From: an uncultured Pseudomonadota bacterium | GTDB taxonomy: Bacteria; Oederibacteriota; Muellerivitia; Muellerivitales; Muellerivitaceae | DNA: 64,000 bases | Reading direction: 5' to 3' | Assembly: GCA_963843375.1 (NCBI GenBank) | Contig: CAWJKT010000006.1 | Span: forward strand, 288,001 to 352,000 | Shown here: positions 11,217-21,370 of the stretch, piece by piece | Numbering within the stretch: position 1 is the stretch's first letter | How the letters are laid out: each line of letters opens with the position of its first letter | Notes under the pieces: model-generated | What the model saw: the letters and a program-made list of their open reading frames with translations, nothing else | Database searches by the model: none | Told to the model about the DNA's origin: nothing | Position numbers and translations under genes: made by a program

Positions 11217-11977
11217 GACCGCACGGGAATGACTTTAAGATAGTACTCCACCGTCTTGAAGGGCCTTTCAATCGTGCGTTCCAAATATTGGAGGACGACG
11301 AGGAAGAGTTCCCTCAAAAAAACCGGCTTCAACTTCAATATATGGACTTTCTCAAGGGACAGGCTTTTCAATTTTTTCAGGACTTCCAATCCCGATGGCG
11401 AAATTTTCAAACTCAGCGGGCCCGAGGGGCAGCAGCTTTCGCACAAGGCCCCGCCTCGGTGGGGTATGAGATAAACTTTTTTTCTTTCCAGGGATGATTC
11501 GCATTCGGCGCAAGAAGACAATTCCAGGGGATAACCGGAACATTCGAGAAACTTGACGCAAAAAGCGGTCAAGAATAGCTCCTGGGAAACGGATTTTTCC
11601 CTCATGGCGGCCAAAGTTTCTTTTAACAATGTATAAACCTCGGGGTTTGGCTCGGTATCGTGGATCGCTTGAATCAAAATATCCGCCAGCAGCTGTAAGG
11701 CCGTGATTCCCGCCAGGTCCTTTTTTAACTCCGCGTAGCCGTTCAAAAGCTTTGCCTGACCCAGCACGTAAAGATCCCCCGATGCCCTCTTATGGAGCGA
11801 GAAACTGGATTCGGTGAACAGTTCCAACGCGGAAGTCAATTTACTCTTAGGCTTGCGGACTCCCTTGACAATGGCCCGCACCCGCCCCAGTTGAAGCGTA
11901 TAAAGTTGGGCGATCTTGTCGGCTTCGGCATAGGGATGAGCGGAGAGGACAAAACCACGGACGGGAATCGACTGCAC
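11213..11977 (-). CDS. recO: DNA repair protein RecO
   Basis: YAEADK, KGVRKPKS, CAEC...CESC zinc finger. Confidence 0.92.
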   Translation of the reverse strand: MQSIPVRGFVLSAHPYAEADKIAQLYTLQLGRVRAIVKGVRKPKSKLTSALELFTESSFSLHKRASGDLYVLGQAKLLNGYAELKKDLAGITALQLLADILIQAIHDTEPNPEVYTLLKETLAAMREKSVSQELFLTAFCVKFLECSGYPLELSSCAECESSLERKKVYLIPHRGGALCESCCPSGPLSLKISPSGLEVLKKLKSLSLEKVHILKLKPVFLRELFLVVLQYLERTIERPFKTVEYYLKVIPVRS

Positions 11978-12943
11978 TTAGGACATTTCCTCTTCCAAAA
12001 GATAAGCCGTCGACAGGGCGGGCATATAACTCATGAACAAAACGGTCAAACTGACGGCGGCGACAAGGTCTACCAGGTCAAAAAAGAATCCGATATAAGG
12101 AAGGTGTCCCATCAGTTCCAGGAAAAAGCGCAGAACAAAGCTTACGATGGCGTAAACCAGGAAAGCCACCGTGAGCCCGATACCGATACGCCACCGCCCC
12201 TCCCGGAATCTTCGGCCCGCTTCCCACAGGGAATCCCACGCGGTTTTCGAGGCCCCCGACCAGCCCAGCCCGCCTTCATTGGTCCTGGTAATTTCAGCCT
12301 TCCAAAGGAAAATAAAGGCCCCGAAAGCCATGAAAAAAAGACAACTTATGAGGATCATTGGAATTCCAACCAATATAAGGAGGATTCCAATCCAAGGAGA
12401 ATGGACCAATAAAACGCCCAGAATGACCGCCACGATAGCGATAAAAATGAGTATCCCCAGGATCAAGGCAAGGGTGATCATCAAAAGCAGGCTTTGCAAG
12501 AACAGGATGGGAAGGAGGAACTTCGCCCCGTTCTTAAAAAACTCCCTAAGGGAGAATTTTTCGCCGTTCCGAAAGTACTGCCAGAAAGTTCGATAAACGC
12601 CGCCGTCGGAGAACGCCGAAAGAAGGCTCCACCAAAGCAGATAAAGGGCCACGACCCCCAGAAAAATCAAAATCCAATTGGCGTTTAAAAAATAAGACGC
12701 CGCGTCCGAACCCACCGAGGTCCAGTCAAAATTCTTCGGGTCCTTGAAGCCATCTTCCATCTGGGACCAGTCCTGTTGAAGAAAGGGCCCCACCAGCAGA
12801 AGGACGCAAAAAAACAAAGTGACATATTGGAGAATAATAAAACCAAGTTGAACCGGGAAAAGCGGCCAGAGCGAGAAACAAGTCTTCCATGCCGAGCTAA
12901 AACAGTCGGAATGGGGGGGGTAAATTTTCTCTTTTGGCACCAA
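11978..12943 (-). CDS. Hypothetical multi-pass membrane protein
   Basis: 321 aa, about 6 hydrophobic segments, tightly packed in operon. Confidence 0.75.
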   Translation of the reverse strand: MVPKEKIYPPHSDCFSSAWKTCFSLWPLFPVQLGFIILQYVTLFFCVLLLVGPFLQQDWSQMEDGFKDPKNFDWTSVGSDAASYFLNANWILIFLGVVALYLLWWSLLSAFSDGGVYRTFWQYFRNGEKFSLREFFKNGAKFLLPILFLQSLLLMITLALILGILIFIAIVAVILGVLLVHSPWIGILLILVGIPMILISCLFFMAFGAFIFLWKAEITRTNEGGLGWSGASKTAWDSLWEAGRRFREGRWRIGIGLTVAFLVYAIVSFVLRFFLELMGHLPYIGFFFDLVDLVAAVSLTVLFMSYMPALSTAYLLEEEMS

Positions 12944-12954
12944 GACTCCCGGAA

Positions 12955-13455
12955 TTAACGGTAATTGTTGAACTGGAGGGCCACCTTGATATCGGTCGCC
13001 GATTTTAACAACTGCATGGCCCCCTGAAGGTCGTCCTTGGATTTCCCCGAAATTCTCACCTTTTCATCAACTATGGAAGCCTGAACCTTCAGTTTGGAAT
13101 CCTTGATCCGCTTGACGATGTCCTTGCAGTCTTCCATCGGCATCCCGCTGATAATCTTCACCTTTTGGTTCACCGTGCCGCTGAAGGCCGCATCGGCTTT
13201 TTGAAAGTCCAAGGCCTTGGGGGATATATTGCGTTTAATGAATTTTCCTTTGAGAACGTCCACCACCGCCCGAAGCCGGTTCTCATCGTCCGAAACGATC
13301 TCCAATTCCTTGGCAGCCTTGTTGAGCGTGACCTTACTGATGCTTCCCTTGAAGTCGTAACGCTGGGTAATTTCCTTCATGGACTGGTTGACCGCGTTGT
13401 CCACTTCCTGCAGGTCGACCTCCGAAACCACGTCAAAGGAGTAGGTATCAGCCAT
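12955..13455 (-). CDS. yajQ: YajQ-family nucleotide/c-di-GMP-binding protein
   Basis: SFDVVSEVD, RYDFKG, KVQASI, LQFNNYR. Confidence 0.95.
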   Translation of the reverse strand: MADTYSFDVVSEVDLQEVDNAVNQSMKEITQRYDFKGSISKVTLNKAAKELEIVSDDENRLRAVVDVLKGKFIKRNISPKALDFQKADAAFSGTVNQKVKIISGMPMEDCKDIVKRIKDSKLKVQASIVDEKVRISGKSKDDLQGAMQLLKSATDIKVALQFNNYR

Positions 13456-13500
13456 GGACGGCCCCCTTCATTTTTGAGTTTTGAATTTGTAATTGGGTTA

Positions 13501-14388
13501 TTATGTCCCGCTATCCGCGTCATCCGAACCGCCTGAGCCTGGCGGCAATTGTATCTCCACGACTTGTCCGGTGGTTCCCAATATTCCCAGCGGCTTTCCA
13601 TTGAATTGGACCTGCACGCCGCCGGCGTTCCCCAGCTTGAGTTTGAAACTTTTTAAAGCCTTATAGGTCTTGGTCTCGCCCTGGTCCAAATCCACTTCCG
13701 AGGTGGATTGGCCGTCATCCATCGTGACTAAAACCCAGGACTTATCCAGTCCCTTCAAGATAAGGTGCTGGTATTTGTCTCCCACCTCGACGGGCTGATC
13801 AGCGGGTGTTTGGGCCGTTGTCGTCGCGGACGGGGTGCTGCTCCATTTAATTTTAGATAAAAACCGCGATCCGTAAAACAGCATTGTTCCTAAAAGGAGG
13901 ACTATCACCAGCCCCAAACCCGCGCGGCCAGCCCATGCCCCCCATTTACCTCGCCGCGAGGCCGAAGCCCTTTGGCGCATGACCGAGGGTTCATGCTGGA
14001 TAGGTTCGGCATATCCTTCGTCCAGCATCTCCAAGTTAAGGGGACTTTCTTCGGTGTCTTGACGGCGAAATACGGGGGGCCGATCCAGCGTGGGGCGCCA
14101 TCCCAGGTTTTTCTCCAATTCCGCCTCGGCGTTTTTCGGTTCGATCCGGATTTCTACCGGCTGTATCTCAGCGTTGAACTGCCGTGTCAATACCATGGGG
14201 TCCATTCCGACCACTTTGGCATAGGCGCGGATGAACCCTTTGGCATAGGTATGCGAAGGAAATATATCGAACCGGTTCTCCTCGAGGGCTTCCAAATATT
14301 TAATCGGAATCTTGGTGCGTTCGGAGACGGTTTCGAGCTTGATTTTCCGGGATTCCCGTGCGGCTTTAAGTTCCGATCCAATGTGCAT
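13501..14388 (-). CDS. rodZ: RodZ-like protein (HTH-TM-DUF4115)
   Basis: YAKGFIRAYA HTH, single TM, LGNAGGV..NGK. Confidence 0.88.
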   Translation of the reverse strand: MHIGSELKAARESRKIKLETVSERTKIPIKYLEALEENRFDIFPSHTYAKGFIRAYAKVVGMDPMVLTRQFNAEIQPVEIRIEPKNAEAELEKNLGWRPTLDRPPVFRRQDTEESPLNLEMLDEGYAEPIQHEPSVMRQRASASRRGKWGAWAGRAGLGLVIVLLLGTMLFYGSRFLSKIKWSSTPSATTTAQTPADQPVEVGDKYQHLILKGLDKSWVLVTMDDGQSTSEVDLDQGETKTYKALKSFKLKLGNAGGVQVQFNGKPLGILGTTGQVVEIQLPPGSGGSDDADSGT

Positions 14389-15047
14389 TAAAAAACCGCC
14401 CCTTCCACGACTTGAGCGTCCTTGGGCGGGGTGAATAGGAACAGGCTGTCCTGCAATCCGCTGTTAAAAGAAATATTTGAAAAATCAGCCTTTGTCGTCA
14501 TGGCTGGCGTCTCCACTTCCATCCGAAAGGGCCACCAATCCTTCTTGTGGATATAGACCTTCATTTTGTCGAAACCGGAATCCTCGACCAGGGGAATAAA
14601 AAGCAATCCGACCTGGCTGTCCGAATTCTCAATGATAGAAACCCGGCTGATACGGATGTACTTTTTCAGTTCTTTCCCCACTCCCAGGTAAATCGGCGCG
14701 TTGGCGCTTTGGCCCTTTCCGGTATGTTGTTGATAGACCATCTTCTGGGCCGGTTGGTACATTTGCACCAGGTCCCCCTGCGCGTAAAGATACTGTTCGG
14801 AGGGCTGGGTGTAATGGACATAGATCATGTCCGGGGACTTGATCTTCACCTTTCCCGTCAACTTTTGCTGGGTACCGGACAGGGAATCCTTCATCTCCAT
14901 CTTCAGGTCCATCTGGACATCCTGGATGGCGGACTGGGCCTGCTCGACATTCTGTGAGACCTGATCCACCGACAAGTCTTTGGCTGAATCCGCCCAAAGT
15001 AAGGATGAAAACACGAGAAAAAACAAGGCAATCAAAAGGCCTTTCAT
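14388..15047 (-). CDS. LolA-family lipoprotein carrier-like protein
   Basis: Signal peptide from MKGLLIALFF; C-terminal LFLFTPPKDAQV; directly after ftsK. Confidence 0.82.
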   Translation of the reverse strand: MKGLLIALFFLVFSSLLWADSAKDLSVDQVSQNVEQAQSAIQDVQMDLKMEMKDSLSGTQQKLTGKVKIKSPDMIYVHYTQPSEQYLYAQGDLVQMYQPAQKMVYQQHTGKGQSANAPIYLGVGKELKKYIRISRVSIIENSDSQVGLLFIPLVEDSGFDKMKVYIHKKDWWPFRMEVETPAMTTKADFSNISFNSGLQDSLFLFTPPKDAQVVEGAVF

Positions 15048-15081
15048 TTCAGCCGCCGACCTCCAGCCATCCGGTGTCTTT

Positions 15082-17532
15082 TTAATCAATTTTTTCATCC
15101 AGAGTTTCCTCACCCTCATCCTCCAAAGGTCCGCCCGAACCACCCGGAATTTGAACAAGTATCTTCCGGGGTTTGTTGCCATCGGCGGGACCCACTACCC
15201 CCCGCAATTCCATATCATCCAGAAGCCGGGCCGCCCGGCTATAACCCACCTTCAGGCGCCTTTGAAGCAGGGAAGTGGAAGCCTGTTTGGCTCTGATAAC
15301 AATTTCCATCGCCTGGTCGTAAAGTTCGTCCTCGGAAGCTTCCGTGACGGCATCCCTGGAGGATTTAGCCTCGGACAAGTCCGCGGTGTATTGGGGCCCG
15401 CCCTGGGAGGTCCAAAAATCCACCAAACGCTCGATTTCTTCCAACGTAACATAGGCCCCCTGTAGCCGCAAGGGTTTGGGAGCGCCCGAGGGAAGGTAAA
15501 GCATGTCCCCCCGGCCCAAAAGCGCTTCCGCCCCGTTCATATCCAGAATAGTGCGGGAGTCGACTTTGGAGAAAACCTGGAAGGCAATGCGGGCCGGGAA
15601 GTTGGCCTTGATGATCCCGGTGATGACCTCCACACTGGGCCTTTGGGTGGCCAGCACAAGGTGGATGCCCACCGCCCGGGCCATTTGGGCCAGCCGGGTA
15701 ATGGAATCTTCCACCTGGTCCTTGGCCACCATCATCAGGTCCGCCAGTTCATCCACAAATACCACAATGTAATACATGGGAAGTACTTCGGTTTCTCCCG
15801 CTTCTCTTTTTTGAAGCAGCTTACCGTTATAGCTGTCGATGTCGCGCGCGCCGATGTGGGCCAGCATTTCGTACCGTTCTTCCATTTCCCGCACCAGCCA
15901 CTTTAAGGCGAAGTGGGCTTCCTTCGGATCGTTGACCACCGGCAGGGCCAAATGGGGCAAGCCTTTGTAAATACTCATTTCCACCCTCTTGGGATCAATC
16001 AAAACCATGCGTAATCGTTCGGGGTCATATTTGAAAATCAAACTCGCGATGAGAGTGTTCACGCAGACGCTTTTTCCCGAACCCGTGGAACCGGCGATCA
16101 GAACATGCGGCATTTCCTTGATGCTGGCGAAAGCCGTTTCCCCGGCTATATCGCAACCCAAAGCCACCAGTAATTGTTTGGAGGAGGAAAGAAAGGCTTC
16201 TTGGGCGATGAGTTCCTTCAAGGTCACGATCCGGCCCTTGAGGTTCGGCACCTCAATCCCGACCGTCGCCTTGCCCGGAATGGGCGCGACCACCCGGACT
16301 TGGCCGCATTTCAAGGCTAGGGCCAGATCGTCGGCCAGGGAAGCGATCCGGTTGATCTTCACCCCGGCGGCCAGTTGGATTTCATACTGGGTCACGGTCG
16401 GCCCGGGATTGACCCCCACCACATTGGCGTCCACCCCAAAATTGGTCAGGCTTTCCTTGATCGTGCGGCTGATGCCCTCGAAGTTATCCATGGGCTTATC
16501 CTTGGAATCGTCCAAGGTCTTCAGGATGTGGGCCGGCGGCAATTGCCATTGACGAACGATGCGGGCGGGTTTCTTTTCTTCTTCCGCCTCTTCCTCTTCC
16601 TCAACCATTTCGATACTGGCCGCTTCCATTTTTTGTTTCAAGGTCATGGGATCTCCCCCCTTGGCCTCGGCCATGGCGGCGGCAACCACATCTTCCTCTG
16701 GCGTGTAGGGCAGACGGGATTCTTCGGCCTCACCGGTAAAAAGGGCCCTGGATTTAACCGCTGATCTTGAGGGTTTTAAGGTTTTCGCCGCCGTTGGAAT
16801 GGAGGCCACTTCCGGGGCAGTAGAGGGGTCCGGGGATACCCTTTTTCCCCTGGGTTCTTCGGAAACCCCTTTATCGCCTCTGTCCAGCTTTTTGCGGGCT
16901 TCATCCCCTATCTTTTTTTCCCTTTGGCGGTCCTTCCAATCCGAGAAAGTCTTCAAGACTTTCTCATGGATCAATACGAAAGCTTCGAAACCATTCTCTT
17001 GGAACCAACCCGTTCCCTTTTGAAAGCCCTCGATAAAACTCTTCGCGGCCTTGACCAGGTGTTCTTCTTTTTCCAGAAGCCAGGCCGCCAACACGAGGGT
17101 AATCAGGGAAATAATGACGGTTCCCGGCCGGCTGAAAATCGCCTCCATCTGGTCCCCCACCTTTATCCCCAGCCAACCGCTCCATTCAACCCCTTCACGC
17201 ATTTGGGAGGCGGAAAACATTTGAGAATTGGGCCAAATAACCCGGGTCATGGCGTCCAGGGAAACCAAGGACAAAATCAGTCCCAATAACTTAAGACCAG
17301 GTTCCACCAGGGGTTGATTGCGATAGCGGCTATAAGCGAAACGGGCCAGGAAAAAGGGAACCAGACAAGCCCAAAAGCCAAAACCAAAATAAAGTAAATA
17401 GGCAAGATCCGAGCCCGCCTCACCTAAAATATCCCGATTCGCGCCCGTGGGGATGAGGGAAAGCCCGATTAGGAGGCTTAGACTTCCGGTAAGAAAAACC
17501 ACCAGAAAATGGTGGCGTTTTTTTTCAGCCAT
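15082..17532 (-). CDS. ftsK: DNA translocase FtsK
   Basis: N-terminal TMs, GSTGSGKS, DELADLMM, ATQRPS, gamma domain LQRRLKVGYSRAAR. Confidence 0.97.
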   Translation of the reverse strand: MAEKKRHHFLVVFLTGSLSLLIGLSLIPTGANRDILGEAGSDLAYLLYFGFGFWACLVPFFLARFAYSRYRNQPLVEPGLKLLGLILSLVSLDAMTRVIWPNSQMFSASQMREGVEWSGWLGIKVGDQMEAIFSRPGTVIISLITLVLAAWLLEKEEHLVKAAKSFIEGFQKGTGWFQENGFEAFVLIHEKVLKTFSDWKDRQREKKIGDEARKKLDRGDKGVSEEPRGKRVSPDPSTAPEVASIPTAAKTLKPSRSAVKSRALFTGEAEESRLPYTPEEDVVAAAMAEAKGGDPMTLKQKMEAASIEMVEEEEEAEEEKKPARIVRQWQLPPAHILKTLDDSKDKPMDNFEGISRTIKESLTNFGVDANVVGVNPGPTVTQYEIQLAAGVKINRIASLADDLALALKCGQVRVVAPIPGKATVGIEVPNLKGRIVTLKELIAQEAFLSSSKQLLVALGCDIAGETAFASIKEMPHVLIAGSTGSGKSVCVNTLIASLIFKYDPERLRMVLIDPKRVEMSIYKGLPHLALPVVNDPKEAHFALKWLVREMEERYEMLAHIGARDIDSYNGKLLQKREAGETEVLPMYYIVVFVDELADLMMVAKDQVEDSITRLAQMARAVGIHLVLATQRPSVEVITGIIKANFPARIAFQVFSKVDSRTILDMNGAEALLGRGDMLYLPSGAPKPLRLQGAYVTLEEIERLVDFWTSQGGPQYTADLSEAKSSRDAVTEASEDELYDQAMEIVIRAKQASTSLLQRRLKVGYSRAARLLDDMELRGVVGPADGNKPRKILVQIPGGSGGPLEDEGEETLDEKID

Positions 17533-17652
17533 CAGGAATTTGACCTGGCCGTGCGGAAAATAGCCCGGGGATTAGTGAGGTTGGTTAAAAGGGTGAATGG
17601 ATTCATCTCGGAATCAAAGTATAACTTAGGAAACGGAAAATTTTGAAAATAA

Positions 17653-18633
17653 ATGTTTCCCGTTTCAATTCGGGCCTCTTGTAAAATAGGCTTCTCTCAA
17701 AGGCTATTTCCCGGAGACCTCTTGTTTCTTAACATTGCCTACAATGTCATCTTCCCCATTTTTCTCGTCCTGGCCCTGGGCTACCTGCTTGCGAAAAACT
17801 TCAAGTTGGATCTGGGTTCCCTTTCCAAACTCAACTTTTATATTTTCATCCCCGTTTTCATGTTTTACAGCCTTCTGATTTTCAAACCCGGCGCCAAGGA
17901 AATGGCCGACACGATCCTTTTCAACATTCTCTTGGCTTGCGCTACCTTCTTGGCCATGGCGGCCTTGACCCGCTGGCTGAAATTTTCCCCCGACCTGGCC
18001 GCCGCCTCCACCTTGGGCGTCATCATCTTCAACTCCGCCAATTACGGTATCCCCGTGGTGCAACTGGCTTACCAGGGGAAAGGGGTGGCTATCCAGGTGA
18101 TCACCATCACGGCCATGAACGTCCTGACCTACACCTTTGGCATCCTTATCGCGGGGGGCTGGAGCCAGTGGCGCAAGGGGCTTAATATCATCTTAAGACT
18201 GCCGATTCTTTACGCCTTGGCCGCGGCCTTGCTGATCCGGGCGATGAACTTTCAATTGCCCTCCCCTCTGATGACCCCTTTGGAATGGACATCGCAAGGC
18301 ATGTTGCCCATTGCCCTTCTCACCCTGGGGGCCCAGTTGGGGCAGGGAGGCATTTCCTTGAAACACTCAAGGGAAATCTGGATAGCCGTCTCTGCCCGCC
18401 TGCTTTTTTGTCCGCTATTGGCTTTTGGCCTGATTCATCTGTTGGGCATTCAGGGAATGCTGGCCCGGGTTCTCTTTGTTTCCAGTTCCTTCCCCACGGC
18501 CGTCGCCACGGTCCTTTTTGCCATTGAATATGATAAGGAACCCGCTTTCACGGCAGACCTCGTTTTCCTGACAACCCTCTTCTCCGCGATCACGGTTACG
18601 GGCGCAATCAGCCTATCGGCGACTCTTTTTTAG
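17653..18633 (+). CDS. AEC (auxin efflux carrier) family transporter
   Basis: About 10 TMs, NSANYGIP, PTAV; true start uncertain. Confidence 0.88.
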   Translation: MFPVSIRASCKIGFSQRLFPGDLLFLNIAYNVIFPIFLVLALGYLLAKNFKLDLGSLSKLNFYIFIPVFMFYSLLIFKPGAKEMADTILFNILLACATFLAMAALTRWLKFSPDLAAASTLGVIIFNSANYGIPVVQLAYQGKGVAIQVITITAMNVLTYTFGILIAGGWSQWRKGLNIILRLPILYALAAALLIRAMNFQLPSPLMTPLEWTSQGMLPIALLTLGAQLGQGGISLKHSREIWIAVSARLLFCPLLAFGLIHLLGIQGMLARVLFVSSSFPTAVATVLFAIEYDKEPAFTADLVFLTTLFSAITVTGAISLSATLF

Positions 18634-18641
18634 GAGAGAGC

Positions 18642-18770
18642 ATGAAGCGAAAGACGACCAAGCCTAAAAATAATTCCAAAAACAAGAAAAACCTTTGGAA
18701 AAATCCCTCTTATAGAAACATGATCAACCCCTACGAAAGCAAATACCCTCAGGCGAAAAAGAAAAAATGA
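18642..18770 (+). CDS. 42-aa Lys/Asn-rich small protein (not in ORF track)
   Basis: AGGAG RBS; MKRKTTKPKNNSKNKKNLWKNPSYRNMINPYESKYPQAKKKK*; ATGA overlap with GH2 start. Confidence 0.55.
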   Translation: MKRKTTKPKNNSKNKKNLWKNPSYRNMINPYESKYPQAKKKK

Positions 18771-20497
18771 TCTATCCCCAATCTAACCTTTACCGCCGGG
18801 TTCAAAGCTTATCGGGTTCCTGGGATTTCAAGGAAGACCCCCCGGATCAGGGTCTGAAAAGAGGCTGGTTCCGGGGGCTGGCTCAAGGACGAACCATCCG
18901 CGTACCCGCCAGTTGGAATGAGGTATTCCCCGATTTGTTCAATTATCTGGGTCCCGCCTGGTACCAGAAGTATTTTCCATGGCGTCAGCGGAATAAAAAA
19001 ACCTTTTTAAGGTTTGATTCCATCAATTACTTTTCTCAAGTCTGGCTCAACGGCGTCCCATTGGGCTCCCACGAGGGGGGGCATCTTCCTTTCGTGTTTG
19101 AAGTTACCCCCCACTTGAAGAAAACAAACAACCGCTTGGTGGTCCGGGTGGAGGGTCTTTTAAAACCGGAAAGGGTGCCTCCGGGCAATGTGGTCTTCGA
19201 TCCCAAAGACGCCTTTGCCAACAGCTTCAACCCGCCCGCTTCCTTTGATTTCTTCCCCTATTGCGGAATTCAACGGCCTGTGATGTTGTTTACCACCCCC
19301 GAGGAATCCATCCAAGAGGTTTCTCTTACCACGGATATCCAGGGTAAAAGCGGGAAGGTCCAGGTTAGGGTTGGGACGAACGCCGCGAAAGACGCCGCCC
19401 TCCATGTATCGCTGAGAGGTTTCGGATGGACGACTTCCGCGGGAAGCCCGTTGGGCTCCGGTTCATCGGAAATCCTCCTGACCGTTCCGGAAGCTAAACT
19501 TTGGGCGCCCGGCTCACCCAACCTTTATGGTTTAAAATTGGAACTTAAGAGGAATGGCCAAACGGTGGATCAAATAAAAATGCCGGTTGGCATCCGGACT
19601 ATTTCAACCAAGGGAACCCGCCTTCTGCTCAACGGGAAACCCGTCTTCCTAAAAGGCTTTGGCCGCCACGAGGATTATCCCGGAACCGGCCGCTATCTGC
19701 CGGCGGCCGCGCTCAAAAAAGATTACGCAAATTTAAAATGGATTCACGCCAACTCTTTTAGGACAAGTCATTACCCCTATAGCGATCAGGACTTGGAAAT
19801 GGCCGACCGGTTGGGCTTTCTCGTCATAGATGAGACTCCCGCCGTGGGATTATTCTTCAAAAAAGAAGGTCTTAAGAAACGCCTCCAGCTTTGCCGCCAG
19901 TACACCCGGGAAATGGTGGAACGCGACAAGAACCACCCCAGCGTGGTGATGTGGAGCCTGGCCAATGAACCCCATTCCAAACGTCCGGGTGCCGTGGCCT
20001 TTTTTAAAAACCTAACCCAGCTGGCCCGAAGTTTGGACCCAACCCGCCCCGTAACACTTGTCAGCTATCTGGGAGCCGCCGAGGAATCTTTTAAGTTTCT
20101 CGACGCGGTTTGCGTAAACCGCTATTTCGGCTGGTACAGTGAACCAGGAGATTTGGACAAGGCGATCCCGCGACTTTCCAAGGATTTGGACGCCATCCAC
20201 CGAAAATTCAAGAAGCCGTTGCTGGTGACTGAATTCGGCGCGGATGCCATTCCTGGAAGCCACGCCCATCCACCCGCGATGTTCAGTGAAGAATACCAGT
20301 TGGACATGATTAAAAGGTACCTGACGGTCATTGGTCAAAAGGCCTATATTTCCGGAGCCCATGTTTGGAACCTGAATGATTTTAGAACAGCCCAGGCCAC
20401 TCACCGGCCCAACGGCATGAACTACAAAGGAGTCTTCACCCGGGGCCGAAAACCCAAGCTCGCCGCACAAACCTTGCGAAAGCTTTGGGCCAAATAA
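18767..20497 (+). CDS. uidA: Beta-glucuronidase (GH2)
   Basis: GFGRHED, NSFRTSHYP, WSLANEP, VTEFGAD, NYKGVFTRGRKPK (N-x-K motif). Confidence 0.9.
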   Translation: MIYPQSNLYRRVQSLSGSWDFKEDPPDQGLKRGWFRGLAQGRTIRVPASWNEVFPDLFNYLGPAWYQKYFPWRQRNKKTFLRFDSINYFSQVWLNGVPLGSHEGGHLPFVFEVTPHLKKTNNRLVVRVEGLLKPERVPPGNVVFDPKDAFANSFNPPASFDFFPYCGIQRPVMLFTTPEESIQEVSLTTDIQGKSGKVQVRVGTNAAKDAALHVSLRGFGWTTSAGSPLGSGSSEILLTVPEAKLWAPGSPNLYGLKLELKRNGQTVDQIKMPVGIRTISTKGTRLLLNGKPVFLKGFGRHEDYPGTGRYLPAAALKKDYANLKWIHANSFRTSHYPYSDQDLEMADRLGFLVIDETPAVGLFFKKEGLKKRLQLCRQYTREMVERDKNHPSVVMWSLANEPHSKRPGAVAFFKNLTQLARSLDPTRPVTLVSYLGAAEESFKFLDAVCVNRYFGWYSEPGDLDKAIPRLSKDLDAIHRKFKKPLLVTEFGADAIPGSHAHPPAMFSEEYQLDMIKRYLTVIGQKAYISGAHVWNLNDFRTAQATHRPNGMNYKGVFTRGRKPKLAAQTLRKLWAK

Positions 20498-20536
20498 AAC
20501 GCTCAAGACAAATAAACCAAACCGTACGAGGACTTT

Positions 20537-21370
20537 ATGAAACAATTCAAAATCTTCCTTATTCCAGTCATTCTGGCTTATTTAACTATTGTCGGTCTTT
20601 TCGTCGCCTTTCAAAACCGTTTGGTTTTCCATCCGGTTCCTTTAAATGGCGCCACCCCGGCCAAATTCGGACTGAAAAACTACAAGGATGTTTCCTTTCC
20701 TTCATTCGACGGGGTCACCCTGACGGGTTGGTGGATCGAACATCCCCGAAACGAAGATCCCCGCCCCGTCCTTCTTTATTGCCATGGCAACGCGGATTGC
20801 CTTTCCCAATTAGCCCAAGTCTCCAAGATTTTCTACGATTTCGGTTTTGACGCACTGATCTTTGATTACCGCTGTTATGGCGGAAGCGATAAAGCGCCTT
20901 TAAGTGAAAAAGCCGTGGACGGAGATGCCTTGGCCGCCTATCAATGGCTGAAAGCCAGGGGGATTCCTGAAAATAAAATGATCATTTGGGGTCATTCATT
21001 GGGATCTTCCATCGCCGCGCAACTGGTCACTCAAACCCACCCGGCCGGCTTAATTCTAGAGGGGGCTTTCCCCTCCATTTACGCGGTCAGCCGCCAGCGC
21101 TATCCCTGGCTATTGGTGTTTCCCTTCATGATTTGGGACAAGTTCGAGACCGGAAAATACGTGACTGAGCGGACCTGTCCCTTGCTGGACACGCACGCCG
21201 AAAAAGACACGATTATTCCCATTGAGTTGGGCCGGAAAGTTTTCGAGGACGCGTCGAACCCCAAGCAATGGCTGGTCATCAAGGGGATCAATCACAACGA
21301 CTTCCCCAGCGTCGCCTATCAATACCTGAAACCCATTCAGGATTTTGTTTCGCTATGCCTGAAGCCTTGA
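20537..21370 (+). CDS. Alpha/beta hydrolase with N-terminal anchor
   Basis: HGNA, GHSLG, D and H of catalytic triad. Confidence 0.9.
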   Translation: MKQFKIFLIPVILAYLTIVGLFVAFQNRLVFHPVPLNGATPAKFGLKNYKDVSFPSFDGVTLTGWWIEHPRNEDPRPVLLYCHGNADCLSQLAQVSKIFYDFGFDALIFDYRCYGGSDKAPLSEKAVDGDALAAYQWLKARGIPENKMIIWGHSLGSSIAAQLVTQTHPAGLILEGAFPSIYAVSRQRYPWLLVFPFMIWDKFETGKYVTERTCPLLDTHAEKDTIIPIELGRKVFEDASNPKQWLVIKGINHNDFPSVAYQYLKPIQDFVSLCLKP

